A DNA stretch of 64,000 bases from Planctomycetota bacterium (GTDB lineage: Bacteria > Planctomycetota > B15-G4). The stretch is from the NCBI GenBank assembly GCA_038212275.1, contig JBBQUR010000002.1, positions 32,001 through 96,000 on the forward strand. Reading direction: 5' to 3'. Positions 1 to 9,018 of this stretch are shown in pieces (position 1 is the stretch's first letter; each line of letters begins with the position of its first letter). The position numbers and the translations under genes were made by a program. Under the pieces are notes generated by a model. That model had not been told where the DNA came from. It made no database searches and saw nothing but the letters and a program-made list of their open reading frames with translations.

Positions 1-8
1 TGTCCGCG

Positions 9-422
9 ATGTCGCGCCTCGACGACGCCATGCTCATCGCGCACCTCTCGCGCCGCGGCCCGCTGCTCTGCGTGCCCGGCGTGCTGCAGCACCTGCTCTG
101 GAACGTGCGCAAGATCCGCTGCATGGGATCCATCGCGCTGGATCTCGCACTGCTGGCAGCCGGCGAGGCCGACCTGCTCGTGGTCGGTCGCGGCACGCCG
201 CAGCGCATGCTCGACATCCTCGGCGGGCTGGTGGTGCTGGAGGAAGCGGGCGGCGCCGTGCGCACCGCGGCCGGCAAGCCGGTCTCGGCCACCACGCGCA
301 CGCTGGTCGCCGGCGTGCCCGGGCTCGTGGACAAGTTCGTGGAGCTCATGCGCGACTTCGACCTGGAAGGCTGGCGCGGTGAACAAGCGCTGCGTCCGCC
401 GCGGGGCGCGCGGCAGGCGTAG
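9..422 (+). CDS. Inositol monophosphatase-family protein, C-terminal part (5' end probably outside the window)
   Basis: RCMGSIALDLALLAAGEAD and LDILGGLVVLEEAGG match the IMPase C-terminal motifs (GSAALDL; WDxAAGxxIxxEAGG). Confidence 0.7.
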   Translation: MSRLDDAMLIAHLSRRGPLLCVPGVLQHLLWNVRKIRCMGSIALDLALLAAGEADLLVVGRGTPQRMLDILGGLVVLEEAGGAVRTAAGKPVSATTRTLVAGVPGLVDKFVELMRDFDLEGWRGEQALRPPRGARQA

Positions 423-575
423 GGCGCGGCTGCCGCTGTCGCCCGAGCTTCGCGGCAGCGACATCACCGACCACCCGCTCCGGACAGGAAGCCGACGCAA
501 CGTCACCTGCCGGCCACGAGTCCTCGGATATCGTGGGCGCCGCTCGCTCGGGATGCGGGCCCGGAGAATCTCGAG

Positions 576-3575
576 ATGGCAGCCAACCGTGTCCTCCTTC
601 CTGTTGTCGGCGGCCTCGTGCTCGTCGGCCTCGCCGCGTTCCTCATGCTGCGGGGCGACGTCGACGCATCGGGCGGCGAGGCGGCGGCCGTGCTTCGGCA
701 GGACAGCGCCGCGAGCGCGACGGATGGCTCGCGCAACGCCGTCGCGCCGGCCACCGAGCGCACCAGCCTGCCGGCCGCGCTGCCTGCGAGCATCGCGCCC
801 GTGGCCGCCGTGGTCTCCGTCGACAGATCCGCGCTGCCCGAATCCTTCCGCCGCTCGCTCGGCGTGCTCACCGGCCGCATCATCGATGCATCCGAAGCGC
901 CAGTGCCGGGCATGACCGTCGAACTGGTCGGCGGCCGCAAGTCCATGGCGCTGCTCCCGCGCGACGCCCTGCTGACCGAGGGCGGCCTGGACTTCAACCC
1001 GATCGTCGGCAGCGCCGTCACCGGGCCGGACGGGCGCTTCCGCCTCGCGGATCTCGAGCCGCGCACCTTCGGCGGCCTGATCCTCGATCCGGGCGGCCCG
1101 CGCGCGCTGCTGCACGCGCTGGATACCTCGCCCGTCTCCGGCCAGGAGAAAGACCTCGGCGACATCAAGCTGCCCGCCACCGCCACGCTCAAGGGCCGCC
1201 TCGTGGACGAGCGCGGCGCCGCGATTTCCGGCGCGCGCGTGCGCGCCACCGAGCTGCCGATGGCCGGCATCCCCGGCATGGAGTCCGTCATCGGCTCCAT
1301 CGCGGATTTCCGCGCAGGCGGCGCGGTGCTCGTGCCCAGCAGCGCGCAGACGCTGGATCACGACGTGGTCTTCGCGCCCCCGGCCTCGCTGACGCGGCTG
1401 GAGAAGCACCTGCCGCTCCCCACCACGTACACCGACGCCACCGGCGCCTTCGTGCTGAACGGCGTGATCCCCGGCCTCGTGCTCGTCGCGGCCGACGACG
1501 GCGTGCACCTTCCGTTCGTGAAGGAGGGCGTGCCCACCGGCGCCGCGGGCGGCGAGCGTGACCTCGGCGCGCTGACCATGGGCGACGGCACAACGCTGCA
1601 CGGGCGCGTGATGAACGACAAGGGCGAGCCGGTGGCCGGCGCGGAGGTGTTGTCGGGCAATGCTCTCGGCATCGTGCCCGCGGCGCTGCTCAAGGGTCCG
1701 GTGAGCACCGACGCCGAGGGCCGCTTCGCCGTGAAGGGCCTGCGCGACGCCCTCGTGTGGACGGCCGCGCGCACCGACCGACGCAAGGAGTACTCCGCCT
1801 TCTCGACCGACGACCTCACGCGCGAGTTCGTGATCACGCTGCCCGCGCCGCGCACCCTGCACGTCACCGTGACGGACGGCAACGGCGTCATGGTCGGCAA
1901 TGCGCGCTTCTTCGGCCGCATCATCGAGGAATCGAAGATCCCGGACTTCCTCGTGCCGCCGCGCCCGCTGGATGAGCACGTCAAGCCCACCGCCGGACAG
2001 CCGGGCGCCTACACGCTCTCCGACCTGCAACCGGGCAAATGGGAGTTGGCCGTCAACGCGCCGGGCTTCGGTCTCGAGCGCGCGGAGGCCGACCTCAGCG
2101 CGGGCGACGGAAGCGTGGAGATCCGGCTCCCCGAGGGCCGCGCGCTGATCGTCAGGGTGGTGAAGGCGAGCGACGGCACGCCCGTCGAGCACGCGTTCGT
2201 GGCGGCCTACCAGGGCGAGAAGGAAAGCCCCGACACCGCCATGCGCACGGACGCCGACGGCCGCGCGCGATTCACCGCCCTGCGCGCCGGCGACGTGAAG
2301 CTGCAGGTCACCCACCCGGCGCTGGCCATCGCCGAGCAGAACGCGATCGTGCCGGGCACCGACGGCATCGCCGACGTGCCGGAGGTCCTCGTCGAGCTGA
2401 TGGCCGGCAGCTCGATCCTCGGCACCGTGCTCGAGAACGGCGGGCCGCCGCTCGAGCCGCTCATGATCGTGCTCGCCCCGCGCGACGGACCCGGCGACAG
2501 CGAGCTGCCGCGCGTCACCGTCAGCGACCTCGACGGCAACTTCCGCTTCGACCAGGTCGAGGGCGGCACCGTGCACCTCGAGGCGCGCTCGCGCAACGAC
2601 CTGCAGAGCGGCCTCATGCTCTTCGAGGCCTTCTTCAACTCGCCGCTCGCGCAGGAAACCGTGGAAGTGGCAGCAAACAGCGAGACGCGCGCGACCCTCG
2701 TCATCGGCGCGGCGCTCGCGGACGTGGACACCGGCTTCCTCGCCGGCCGCCTCGTCGTGAACGGACGCGCCGCCGCAGGGTGGAAGGTGCGCTCGTTCGG
2801 CGAGATCCGCCGCACGGCCGTGGTGGATGAAGGCGGACGCTTCGACCTCGGCCGCGTCGAGGCGGGAGAGGTCATGCTGGCCTTCAGTGCACCGGGCACG
2901 TCGCTCATGGAAGGGTCCACGGACACCCGCCAGGTGGCCCTGGTCAAGGACGAGCACAAGTTCGTGGAGTTGAGCTTCTCCACGGGCGGCATCCGCGGAC
3001 GGGTAACCTCGGCGCAGGACGGACACGGCATTCCCGGCGTGAAGCTGCGCGCCGTGGGCGACGGTCAGGCCAGCAACTGGTTCCGGGGATCGGGCGGCGT
3101 GAGCGGCCCCGACGGCAACTTCAATATCGAGACCATCTCGGCCGGCACCTACCGGATGACAGCAAGCGCCGACGGCTACGCCAACTCCAGCAGCGAAGCG
3201 TTCACCGTCACCGAACTGGCGGTCGTGAGCGGCATCGAGGTACGCCTCGCCAAGGCGCTGAACATCGCGGGCACGCTGTCACTGAGCAGCGGCGAGAAGC
3301 CGACCTGGATGTGGCTCGTGGCCGAGTCCGCGGACGGCACCACGCGCGACACGGCGCAGGTGGACCGCAAGACGGGCAAGTTCTCCTTCGACGGCCTCGC
3401 GCCGGGCGACTGGACGTTGACGCTGGCCACGAACCTCGACGACGACCTCGCGCCGCTGCCGATGCACTTCGACCACGACAGGACCGACCTCAAGCTCGTC
3501 TTCGATCCGGCGCCCGAGGACGCTGAGGCGGGGCAGACGCTGGAGGTCAAGGCCTTTAACGTCGAGATCAAGTAG
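576..3575 (+). CDS. Membrane-anchored protein with multiple carboxypeptidase-regulatory-like (CnaB/prealbumin-type) beta-sandwich domains
   Basis: N-terminal TM helix; repeated GRVxDxxGxPVxGAxV...TDxxGRF...GxY motifs over 999 aa; GGAG upstream of ATG. Confidence 0.8.
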   Translation: MAANRVLLPVVGGLVLVGLAAFLMLRGDVDASGGEAAAVLRQDSAASATDGSRNAVAPATERTSLPAALPASIAPVAAVVSVDRSALPESFRRSLGVLTGRIIDASEAPVPGMTVELVGGRKSMALLPRDALLTEGGLDFNPIVGSAVTGPDGRFRLADLEPRTFGGLILDPGGPRALLHALDTSPVSGQEKDLGDIKLPATATLKGRLVDERGAAISGARVRATELPMAGIPGMESVIGSIADFRAGGAVLVPSSAQTLDHDVVFAPPASLTRLEKHLPLPTTYTDATGAFVLNGVIPGLVLVAADDGVHLPFVKEGVPTGAAGGERDLGALTMGDGTTLHGRVMNDKGEPVAGAEVLSGNALGIVPAALLKGPVSTDAEGRFAVKGLRDALVWTAARTDRRKEYSAFSTDDLTREFVITLPAPRTLHVTVTDGNGVMVGNARFFGRIIEESKIPDFLVPPRPLDEHVKPTAGQPGAYTLSDLQPGKWELAVNAPGFGLERAEADLSAGDGSVEIRLPEGRALIVRVVKASDGTPVEHAFVAAYQGEKESPDTAMRTDADGRARFTALRAGDVKLQVTHPALAIAEQNAIVPGTDGIADVPEVLVELMAGSSILGTVLENGGPPLEPLMIVLAPRDGPGDSELPRVTVSDLDGNFRFDQVEGGTVHLEARSRNDLQSGLMLFEAFFNSPLAQETVEVAANSETRATLVIGAALADVDTGFLAGRLVVNGRAAAGWKVRSFGEIRRTAVVDEGGRFDLGRVEAGEVMLAFSAPGTSLMEGSTDTRQVALVKDEHKFVELSFSTGGIRGRVTSAQDGHGIPGVKLRAVGDGQASNWFRGSGGVSGPDGNFNIETISAGTYRMTASADGYANSSSEAFTVTELAVVSGIEVRLAKALNIAGTLSLSSGEKPTWMWLVAESADGTTRDTAQVDRKTGKFSFDGLAPGDWTLTLATNLDDDLAPLPMHFDHDRTDLKLVFDPAPEDAEAGQTLEVKAFNVEIK

Positions 3576-3592
3576 CGGCGCGACGGACCGAC

Positions 3593-5437
3593 TCAGATCG
3601 GCTGCAGTCTCGGGAAGAGCCGGCGCAGCGCGTCGGAGAGCCACTGGTCGGAGCTTTCGTCCGCGGGCGGCGGGCCGTCGTCGTCACCACCGTCCCGGCG
3701 GTCGCGGCCGATGATCATGATGCGGGCGCGGGAGATGGCGTTGCGCGTGAGGTGACTGTCCACGCCCTCGATGCCCTCGGTCTCCGGGTCCACGTCGTGC
3801 AGCACGATGTGCACGCCCTGCACGCCCAGGAAATCCTGCTCGCCCACCTGGGGCGGTTCCACGCGGCGGATGTGCCGCTCGAAGAGCGCCTCGAGCACCG
3901 CCGTCACCTGCTGCGGCGTCACCGAGTCCTCGACGTAGAAGACGTCGATGCCTGCGCGAGACATGACCTCGAACAGAAAGCGGCGCAGGCGCGTGCCGAG
4001 CGCCGACTGGAAGGACTGGCCGAAGGTCATCGACGGCGGGCGGTCGCTCTCGGGGCGGTCGTCGTCGCGCGTGAGTCCCACGACCATCCAGCACTGCGGC
4101 ACGAGGAAGGTGCCCTCGCCGCGGTCACCGAAGCGCGGACGCGTTGAGGCGAGCAGGCGTTCGAGCGCGGTCACGGCGCGCGCCGCCTTGTCGCGCTCGT
4201 CCGCTTCGGACAGCACCTGGCCCGGGTCGCGCGCCACCAGGAAAAGCGCGCCCGGCACGCGCGTCAGCGGCACGCGGCAAGGAGGCATGAGGCCGGGCGG
4301 GATACCGACGAGCAGGTCGGCGTCCTCTGCATCGGGCAGCTTCTCCGAGACCACGAGTCGCCAGCCGGACGCCTCGATGGCGACGGCCTCGTCCTGCAGC
4401 GTGCGCGCCTCGGGGCCCGGCACCGCCCACAGCACGCGGCTGCGCTCGAAGGCCGGATCGAAGAGCCGCCGCCGCCGATTGAATTCGCCGATGGCGAGCA
4501 GCGCGCCGCCGGTGAACAACCACGCGGAGGTCCAGCCGTAGAGGCGCAGCAGCACGTCCGTCACCGGGAAGAGCTCCGCGCTCACCGACGCCGTCGGCGC
4601 CAGCGCGCACAGCAGCAGCAGCGACTCCAGCGCGAAGAGCCGGTGGCTGTCGCGGATGAGGTCTCCCAGCGGCGCGGTCTTTGCCGTGCCGTCCTTGCCG
4701 AAGGCGATGTTGAGCCACGGGCCGCCGGGCGGGTCCACCGCGCGCACCACCGACGGCAGCAGCGCCGCGAACGCCAGCGCCGCGATGCAGCCCGGCAGGC
4801 CGGCCGCATCATCGAGCAGCGCAAGCAGCGCCGTCACGGCGATCATCGAGCCGATGACGACGCCGGCGCGCGCCGCGACGCGCAGCCGCGTGCGCCCCTT
4901 GAGCACTTCGATCGTCCCGAGCACGATCGCTGGAAGCTGAACCGCAAGTCCCGCGAGCAGCGCCAGCCAGATGGCGCCGAGCAGCAGCACGTACGCCGTG
5001 CGCAGCCCCGGCACCTCGCGCAGCACGACGAGCAGCTCGCGCAGCAGGCCGCGCGCCGGATACAGCACCACCGCCGCCGCGCCGGTGACCAGCACCGCGC
5101 GCCGCAGCGTCGTGAAAGCGGGCAGACGCGGATGCCGGTCGGGGTGGAAGTCCAGGCCGAGACTCAGCACGAGCCGCCCGCGCAGATTCTGGATGCCGCG
5201 CAAGGCGAAGTCGAGCAGGCCGTGCGTGAGCGGCAGGTTGCGGTAGCGCACGACCGAGCAGCCGATCATGAACAGCAGCGGCAGCAGCAGCACCCAGGGA
5301 ATGTCGCCGACATCGTCCGCCGAGTGCTGTCCGAGGAACTCGATACCCAGCACCGCCACAGCCAGCACCAGCGCCTCCCACGGCGAGATGCGCCGGAAGA
5401 GTCGCGTGAGCGTCGGCGAGCGCAGGAGGCGGGACAT
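3593..5437 (-). CDS. Hypothetical multi-pass membrane protein with a soluble C-terminal domain
   Basis: 614 aa; about 8 hydrophobic segments in the N-terminal half; TAGGAT -10-like hexamer 6 nt before ATG; family not recognised. Confidence 0.7.
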   Translation of the reverse strand: MSRLLRSPTLTRLFRRISPWEALVLAVAVLGIEFLGQHSADDVGDIPWVLLLPLLFMIGCSVVRYRNLPLTHGLLDFALRGIQNLRGRLVLSLGLDFHPDRHPRLPAFTTLRRAVLVTGAAAVVLYPARGLLRELLVVLREVPGLRTAYVLLLGAIWLALLAGLAVQLPAIVLGTIEVLKGRTRLRVAARAGVVIGSMIAVTALLALLDDAAGLPGCIAALAFAALLPSVVRAVDPPGGPWLNIAFGKDGTAKTAPLGDLIRDSHRLFALESLLLLCALAPTASVSAELFPVTDVLLRLYGWTSAWLFTGGALLAIGEFNRRRRLFDPAFERSRVLWAVPGPEARTLQDEAVAIEASGWRLVVSEKLPDAEDADLLVGIPPGLMPPCRVPLTRVPGALFLVARDPGQVLSEADERDKAARAVTALERLLASTRPRFGDRGEGTFLVPQCWMVVGLTRDDDRPESDRPPSMTFGQSFQSALGTRLRRFLFEVMSRAGIDVFYVEDSVTPQQVTAVLEALFERHIRRVEPPQVGEQDFLGVQGVHIVLHDVDPETEGIEGVDSHLTRNAISRARIMIIGRDRRDGGDDDGPPPADESSDQWLSDALRRLFPRLQPI

Positions 5438-5559
5438 CCCGACATCCTACCTGCGGTCTCGCAGGGCGGTCGAACGGCGGGGCCGTCAGCGCTAGAATCC
5501 CGGGGAGGCAGCTCGTGATCCGGGTTGCGCTCACGACCTCGGACCCGAGAACGGCCACG

Positions 5560-5886
5560 ATGCACGCAAGCGTATCCGACCAGTTGCTGAGCGACATCAC
5601 GCGGCGGATCGTCGACCGGTTTCATCCGCGGCGGATTCTTCTCTTCGGCAGTCGGGCACGTGGCGATGCGCGCACCGACAGCGACATCGACCTCTTCATC
5701 GAGATGGACTCTTCCAAGCGTCCCTCCGACCGGGCCATCGACGTGCTGGCGCTCTTCGGCCTGCGGCCGTGGTCGATGGACGTCCTCGTCTATACGCCTG
5801 ACGAAGTGAGACGCTCACGCGGCAACCCGGGTTCGCTCGTCGAGTCGATCGAGGCGGAAGGCCGCGTCCTTCATGAGCAGGCCTGA
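5560..5886 (+). CDS. Minimal nucleotidyltransferase (MNT), antitoxin of an MNT-HEPN pair
   Basis: ILLFGSRARGDARTDSDIDL is the GSx10DxD motif of Pol-beta-type MNTs; overlaps the downstream HEPN gene. Alternative GTG start at 5515. Confidence 0.85.
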   Translation: MHASVSDQLLSDITRRIVDRFHPRRILLFGSRARGDARTDSDIDLFIEMDSSKRPSDRAIDVLALFGLRPWSMDVLVYTPDEVRRSRGNPGSLVESIEAEGRVLHEQA

Positions 5887-6273
5887 TCGCCCGGAAGACG
5901 CCGGCAGTCGTGCCTGGGTGCACAAGGCCGACAGCGACTTCCTCTGCATCGAGAACAACCTTGCCGCCGCCCACGTGCCGTGGGACGCCGTGGCGTTCCA
6001 CGCACTGCAGGGCGTGGAGAAGCTCCCAAGGCATTCCTCATCTCTCGGCGATTGAGTCCGACGCGCACGCACGACCTGGTGGCGTTGCTCGCATTGAGCG
6101 CCGAAGTGGCGCCCTCGCTCGCGGACTTTGAAGCGGATTGCGCGGAGCTCACGATCCGCGCGATCCGGTCGCGCTACCCGGACGATCGCGAAGAGGTCAC
6201 CGAGGACGACGCTCGATCGCTCGTCGCGAAGGCGCGGCGCATCCGCGAGGCGCTCCTTCACCTGTTGGCTTGA
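5873..6273 (+). pseudogene. HEPN-domain protein with a 1-nt frameshift near 6026
   Basis: WVHKADSD...FHALQGVEKL in one frame continues as KAFL...PTRTHDLVALL...RSRYP in another. The sequence reads GAG AAG CTC CC AAG GCA, one base short of a codon. Confidence 0.75.
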
Positions 6274-6339
6274 TCCGCTGCTGCGCTGCCTTGAGCGCGC
6301 TGCGTCGCTGAGATCGCGAATCGCCGACCACCACGGACA

Positions 6340-6741
6340 TCACCTGTCGTCGGGGCGGCGGATCCAGACGGCGTCGTCGACGTCGATGAAGGCGGGAGCG
6401 ACGCGGGCGGCGGGCGCGCGGCCTGAGTGCGTGACGTGCAGGGAGCGCGGGTGTTCGCCGCCGCCCGGCTCGGGGTGCGCGGGGTCCACCATCGTGCGGA
6501 ACAGCTGCGCCACCGCGTCGTCGTCGTGCTGCAGGCGCCACGTCTCGTCGGCCGCCGGCACGAAGGCCGCGCTGGCCTCGATGATCTCTTGCTTGCTGAA
6601 CACGGACGCACGGCCCGCGACGCCGTTGCCTCAGGTACAGCCCAACGGATGGCCGTTCATCATCCAGAGCAGCTTCGGCTTGCGCGCCTCGTTCGCCGCG
6701 CGCAGGCCGTCGGCGAAACTCGCGTGCCAGCCGATGCGAGG
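6340..6741 (-). pseudogene. Decayed thioredoxin-like gene with in-frame TGA (possible selenocysteine, C-T-U)
   Basis: One frame reads RIGWHASFADGLRAANEARKPKLLWMMNGHPLGCT-TGA(6631-6633)-GNGVAGRASVFSKQEIIEASAAFVPAADETW. There is no in-frame start upstream of the conserved-looking block. Confidence 0.55.
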
Positions 6742-6806
6742 CCGGCGCCGAGGGCGCGTGGCTCGACGACCTCAGCGTCGACCCCGCCGACGGCTGACAC
6801 CGCGCG

Positions 6807-8114
6807 TCACGGCGTGATCGCGCGCAGGCCGTTGCTTGCCGCGACGCCCTTCGGGCCGACCGGATCGACGATCCACTCCTGGAAGTAGAGCGCCAGTCCC
6901 GAAGGCAGGCCCACCGGCCAGGTGGTCGGCAGCGAGAGCGCGCCGCCGGCATTCGTGGGCAGGCCCGTAAGGAGGATGTCGGCCGCTGGCACCAGCGTGC
7001 CGCCCTTGAACGGCGCGCCGAGCTGCGTGAAGCCGATGAAGAGCGCCACGCTGGCGAGCGGTCGCGCCTGCGTGAGGTCGAGGCTCATCGGGTCGCCGCC
7101 GGCGAGCGCGCCGGTCCCCGTGAGCGACGGCAGGCCCGCCGTGCCCGCCAGCGCGAAGCCAAGGTCCGTCCACGGCGAGAGCGGCTTGATGCGCAGCACC
7201 TTGTTCGCGTTGATCACGGAGACGAAGAGGTCGCCCGCCGCGCTGAACGCGATGTCCTTCGTGGACAAGCCCGTGGCGAAGCCGGTGCCCACCGTGGTCT
7301 TGACGCCCGTGGAGCTCACGCGCACCAGCGTGCCGGCTCCGGTGTCGAGGACGTAGAGCTCCGTCCCGAAGGCGCCGCCCGGCGCGTACTCCACGCCGCC
7401 AAAGCCGGAGAACGACGCCAGCGCACCGATCGCGAGCGAGCCATCGGCGTTGTAGACGTAGAGCTTGTTGTCGCTGGCGCCGACGACGATGCGATCGTCC
7501 GGCGCGATGGTGATGTAGATCGGATTCACGGAGCCGGGCAGCGTCGCAAGGATCGTCGGCGTGCCGCCCGTCGAGGTCCAGATGCTGCGCGACTCGCCCG
7601 CCGTGAAGAGCAGCCGACCGGTGTGGTCGAACTTCATCTCGATGATGTTGGCCCAGTTCGACTCGAAGAGCGTGGCGACGGTGCCGTCGGGATGGATGGC
7701 GCTGAGACGACCGAGCACGTTGCCGACGATGAGACCGCCGACGAGCAACGAGCCGGGCACGCCGGAGATCGTGCCCGCGACGTCGAGCACGGTCGTGTCC
7801 GGATCGGGGATCGCCACGTTGCCGAGCGGCGTCACGGGCGAGCCGCCGACGCCGATGCGGTTGACGAATTGCGCCGTCGCGGACCCTGCCGCGACGGGGT
7901 CCCTGCCGGCGTAGAGCGCGCCGTCCGGGCCGAAGGAGAGCAGCACGGGATTGGGCACCGTCGCGTAGGTGCTGACCTGGAAGCCGGGCACGGATTGCGC
8001 GGACACGGCGCGCGGCGCGCCGAACAAGCCGGCCAGCAGCGTCGCGCAGGCGACCAGGCGGCGGGCAAGACGCGGAGACCGCGCCGTGAACGAGCGATGC
8101 ATGGGTCTGGACAT
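6807..8114 (-). CDS. Secreted beta-propeller-like protein with the shared C-terminal module
   Basis: AGGAG RBS before ATG 8114; signal peptide ending VSA-Q; repeated xFxPDGxLY blades; C-terminal SPWTDLGFALAG...PFKGGTLVP...SNGLRAITP. Confidence 0.8.
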   Translation of the reverse strand: MSRPMHRSFTARSPRLARRLVACATLLAGLFGAPRAVSAQSVPGFQVSTYATVPNPVLLSFGPDGALYAGRDPVAAGSATAQFVNRIGVGGSPVTPLGNVAIPDPDTTVLDVAGTISGVPGSLLVGGLIVGNVLGRLSAIHPDGTVATLFESNWANIIEMKFDHTGRLLFTAGESRSIWTSTGGTPTILATLPGSVNPIYITIAPDDRIVVGASDNKLYVYNADGSLAIGALASFSGFGGVEYAPGGAFGTELYVLDTGAGTLVRVSSTGVKTTVGTGFATGLSTKDIAFSAAGDLFVSVINANKVLRIKPLSPWTDLGFALAGTAGLPSLTGTGALAGGDPMSLDLTQARPLASVALFIGFTQLGAPFKGGTLVPAADILLTGLPTNAGGALSLPTTWPVGLPSGLALYFQEWIVDPVGPKGVAASNGLRAITP

Positions 8115-8271
8115 GACGGGAATCTCCTGGTCAGGGTCGAGCGGAAGCCGGCGGACCGGATCGCGGTCGAAGACCGCACGCCGGAGCCCGTTGAAGCCGG
8201 CAACTCCTGAATCGGGATCGCTGCGCCCGCGTGACCCCGCATGCGTCGTGCGGCAGCGGCGCACCGCTATC

Positions 8272-8949
8272 ATGCGCGCCACCATGCGATACCGTGCGCT
8301 GCTCCTCGACCTTGACGGCACCCTCGTGGATGCCTCCGCGCCCATCGCGGACGGGATCCTCGCGCTGGCCGCGCGGCACGGGCTGGCCGTCCCGGATCGG
8401 GAGTGGGCGCTGGCGCGCATCGGCGGTTCGCCGCAGGACACGTGGCGGCTGCTCGGGGCACGCGACCCGGATGCGCTCGTCGCCGAGTTCCGCGCGGAGT
8501 ACATGGCCGACCTGCCGGCGCGCACGCTGGTGCTGCCGCGCGCGCGGGAGACGCTGATCGCGCTGCACGGTCACGGCTTCCGCATGGCGCTGGCGAGCAC
8601 GCGCGCCACGGACAGCGCGGTGGCGACGCTCGCCCACGCCGGCATGCTGGACCTGCTCGAGCACGTGCTCGGCGGCGACCTCGTCGCAAGGCACAAGCCC
8701 GCGCCCGACGTGATTCAACTCGCGCTGAAGCGAATGGGCCTCGCCCCGCACGAAGCGCTCATGATCGGCGACACCACGAACGACGTCGGTGCCGCGCACG
8801 CGGCCGGCCTCCCGTGCTGGGCCGTGCTGGGCGGCACGCACGACGAAGCCACGTTGCGCGCGGCCGGCGCGGACTCCATCCTGTCCGGCATCGCGGCGCT
8901 GCCCGCGGCACTGGGCCTCGGCAGGCCTCCCGGTCACGTCCACCCCTGA
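8272..8949 (+). CDS. HAD-superfamily hydrolase (phosphoglycolate phosphatase-like)
   Basis: Motif I DLDGTLVD, motif III KPAP, motif IV MIGDTTND. Start 8272 or 8284. Confidence 0.9.
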   Translation: MRATMRYRALLLDLDGTLVDASAPIADGILALAARHGLAVPDREWALARIGGSPQDTWRLLGARDPDALVAEFRAEYMADLPARTLVLPRARETLIALHGHGFRMALASTRATDSAVATLAHAGMLDLLEHVLGGDLVARHKPAPDVIQLALKRMGLAPHEALMIGDTTNDVGAAHAAGLPCWAVLGGTHDEATLRAAGADSILSGIAALPAALGLGRPPGHVHP

Positions 8950-9018
8950 GTCGTCACGACGGGGCAGAGGAACAGCGACGCAGCGGGTCACGCCCGACGC
9001 GTTCGGGCGGCGCCCAGG

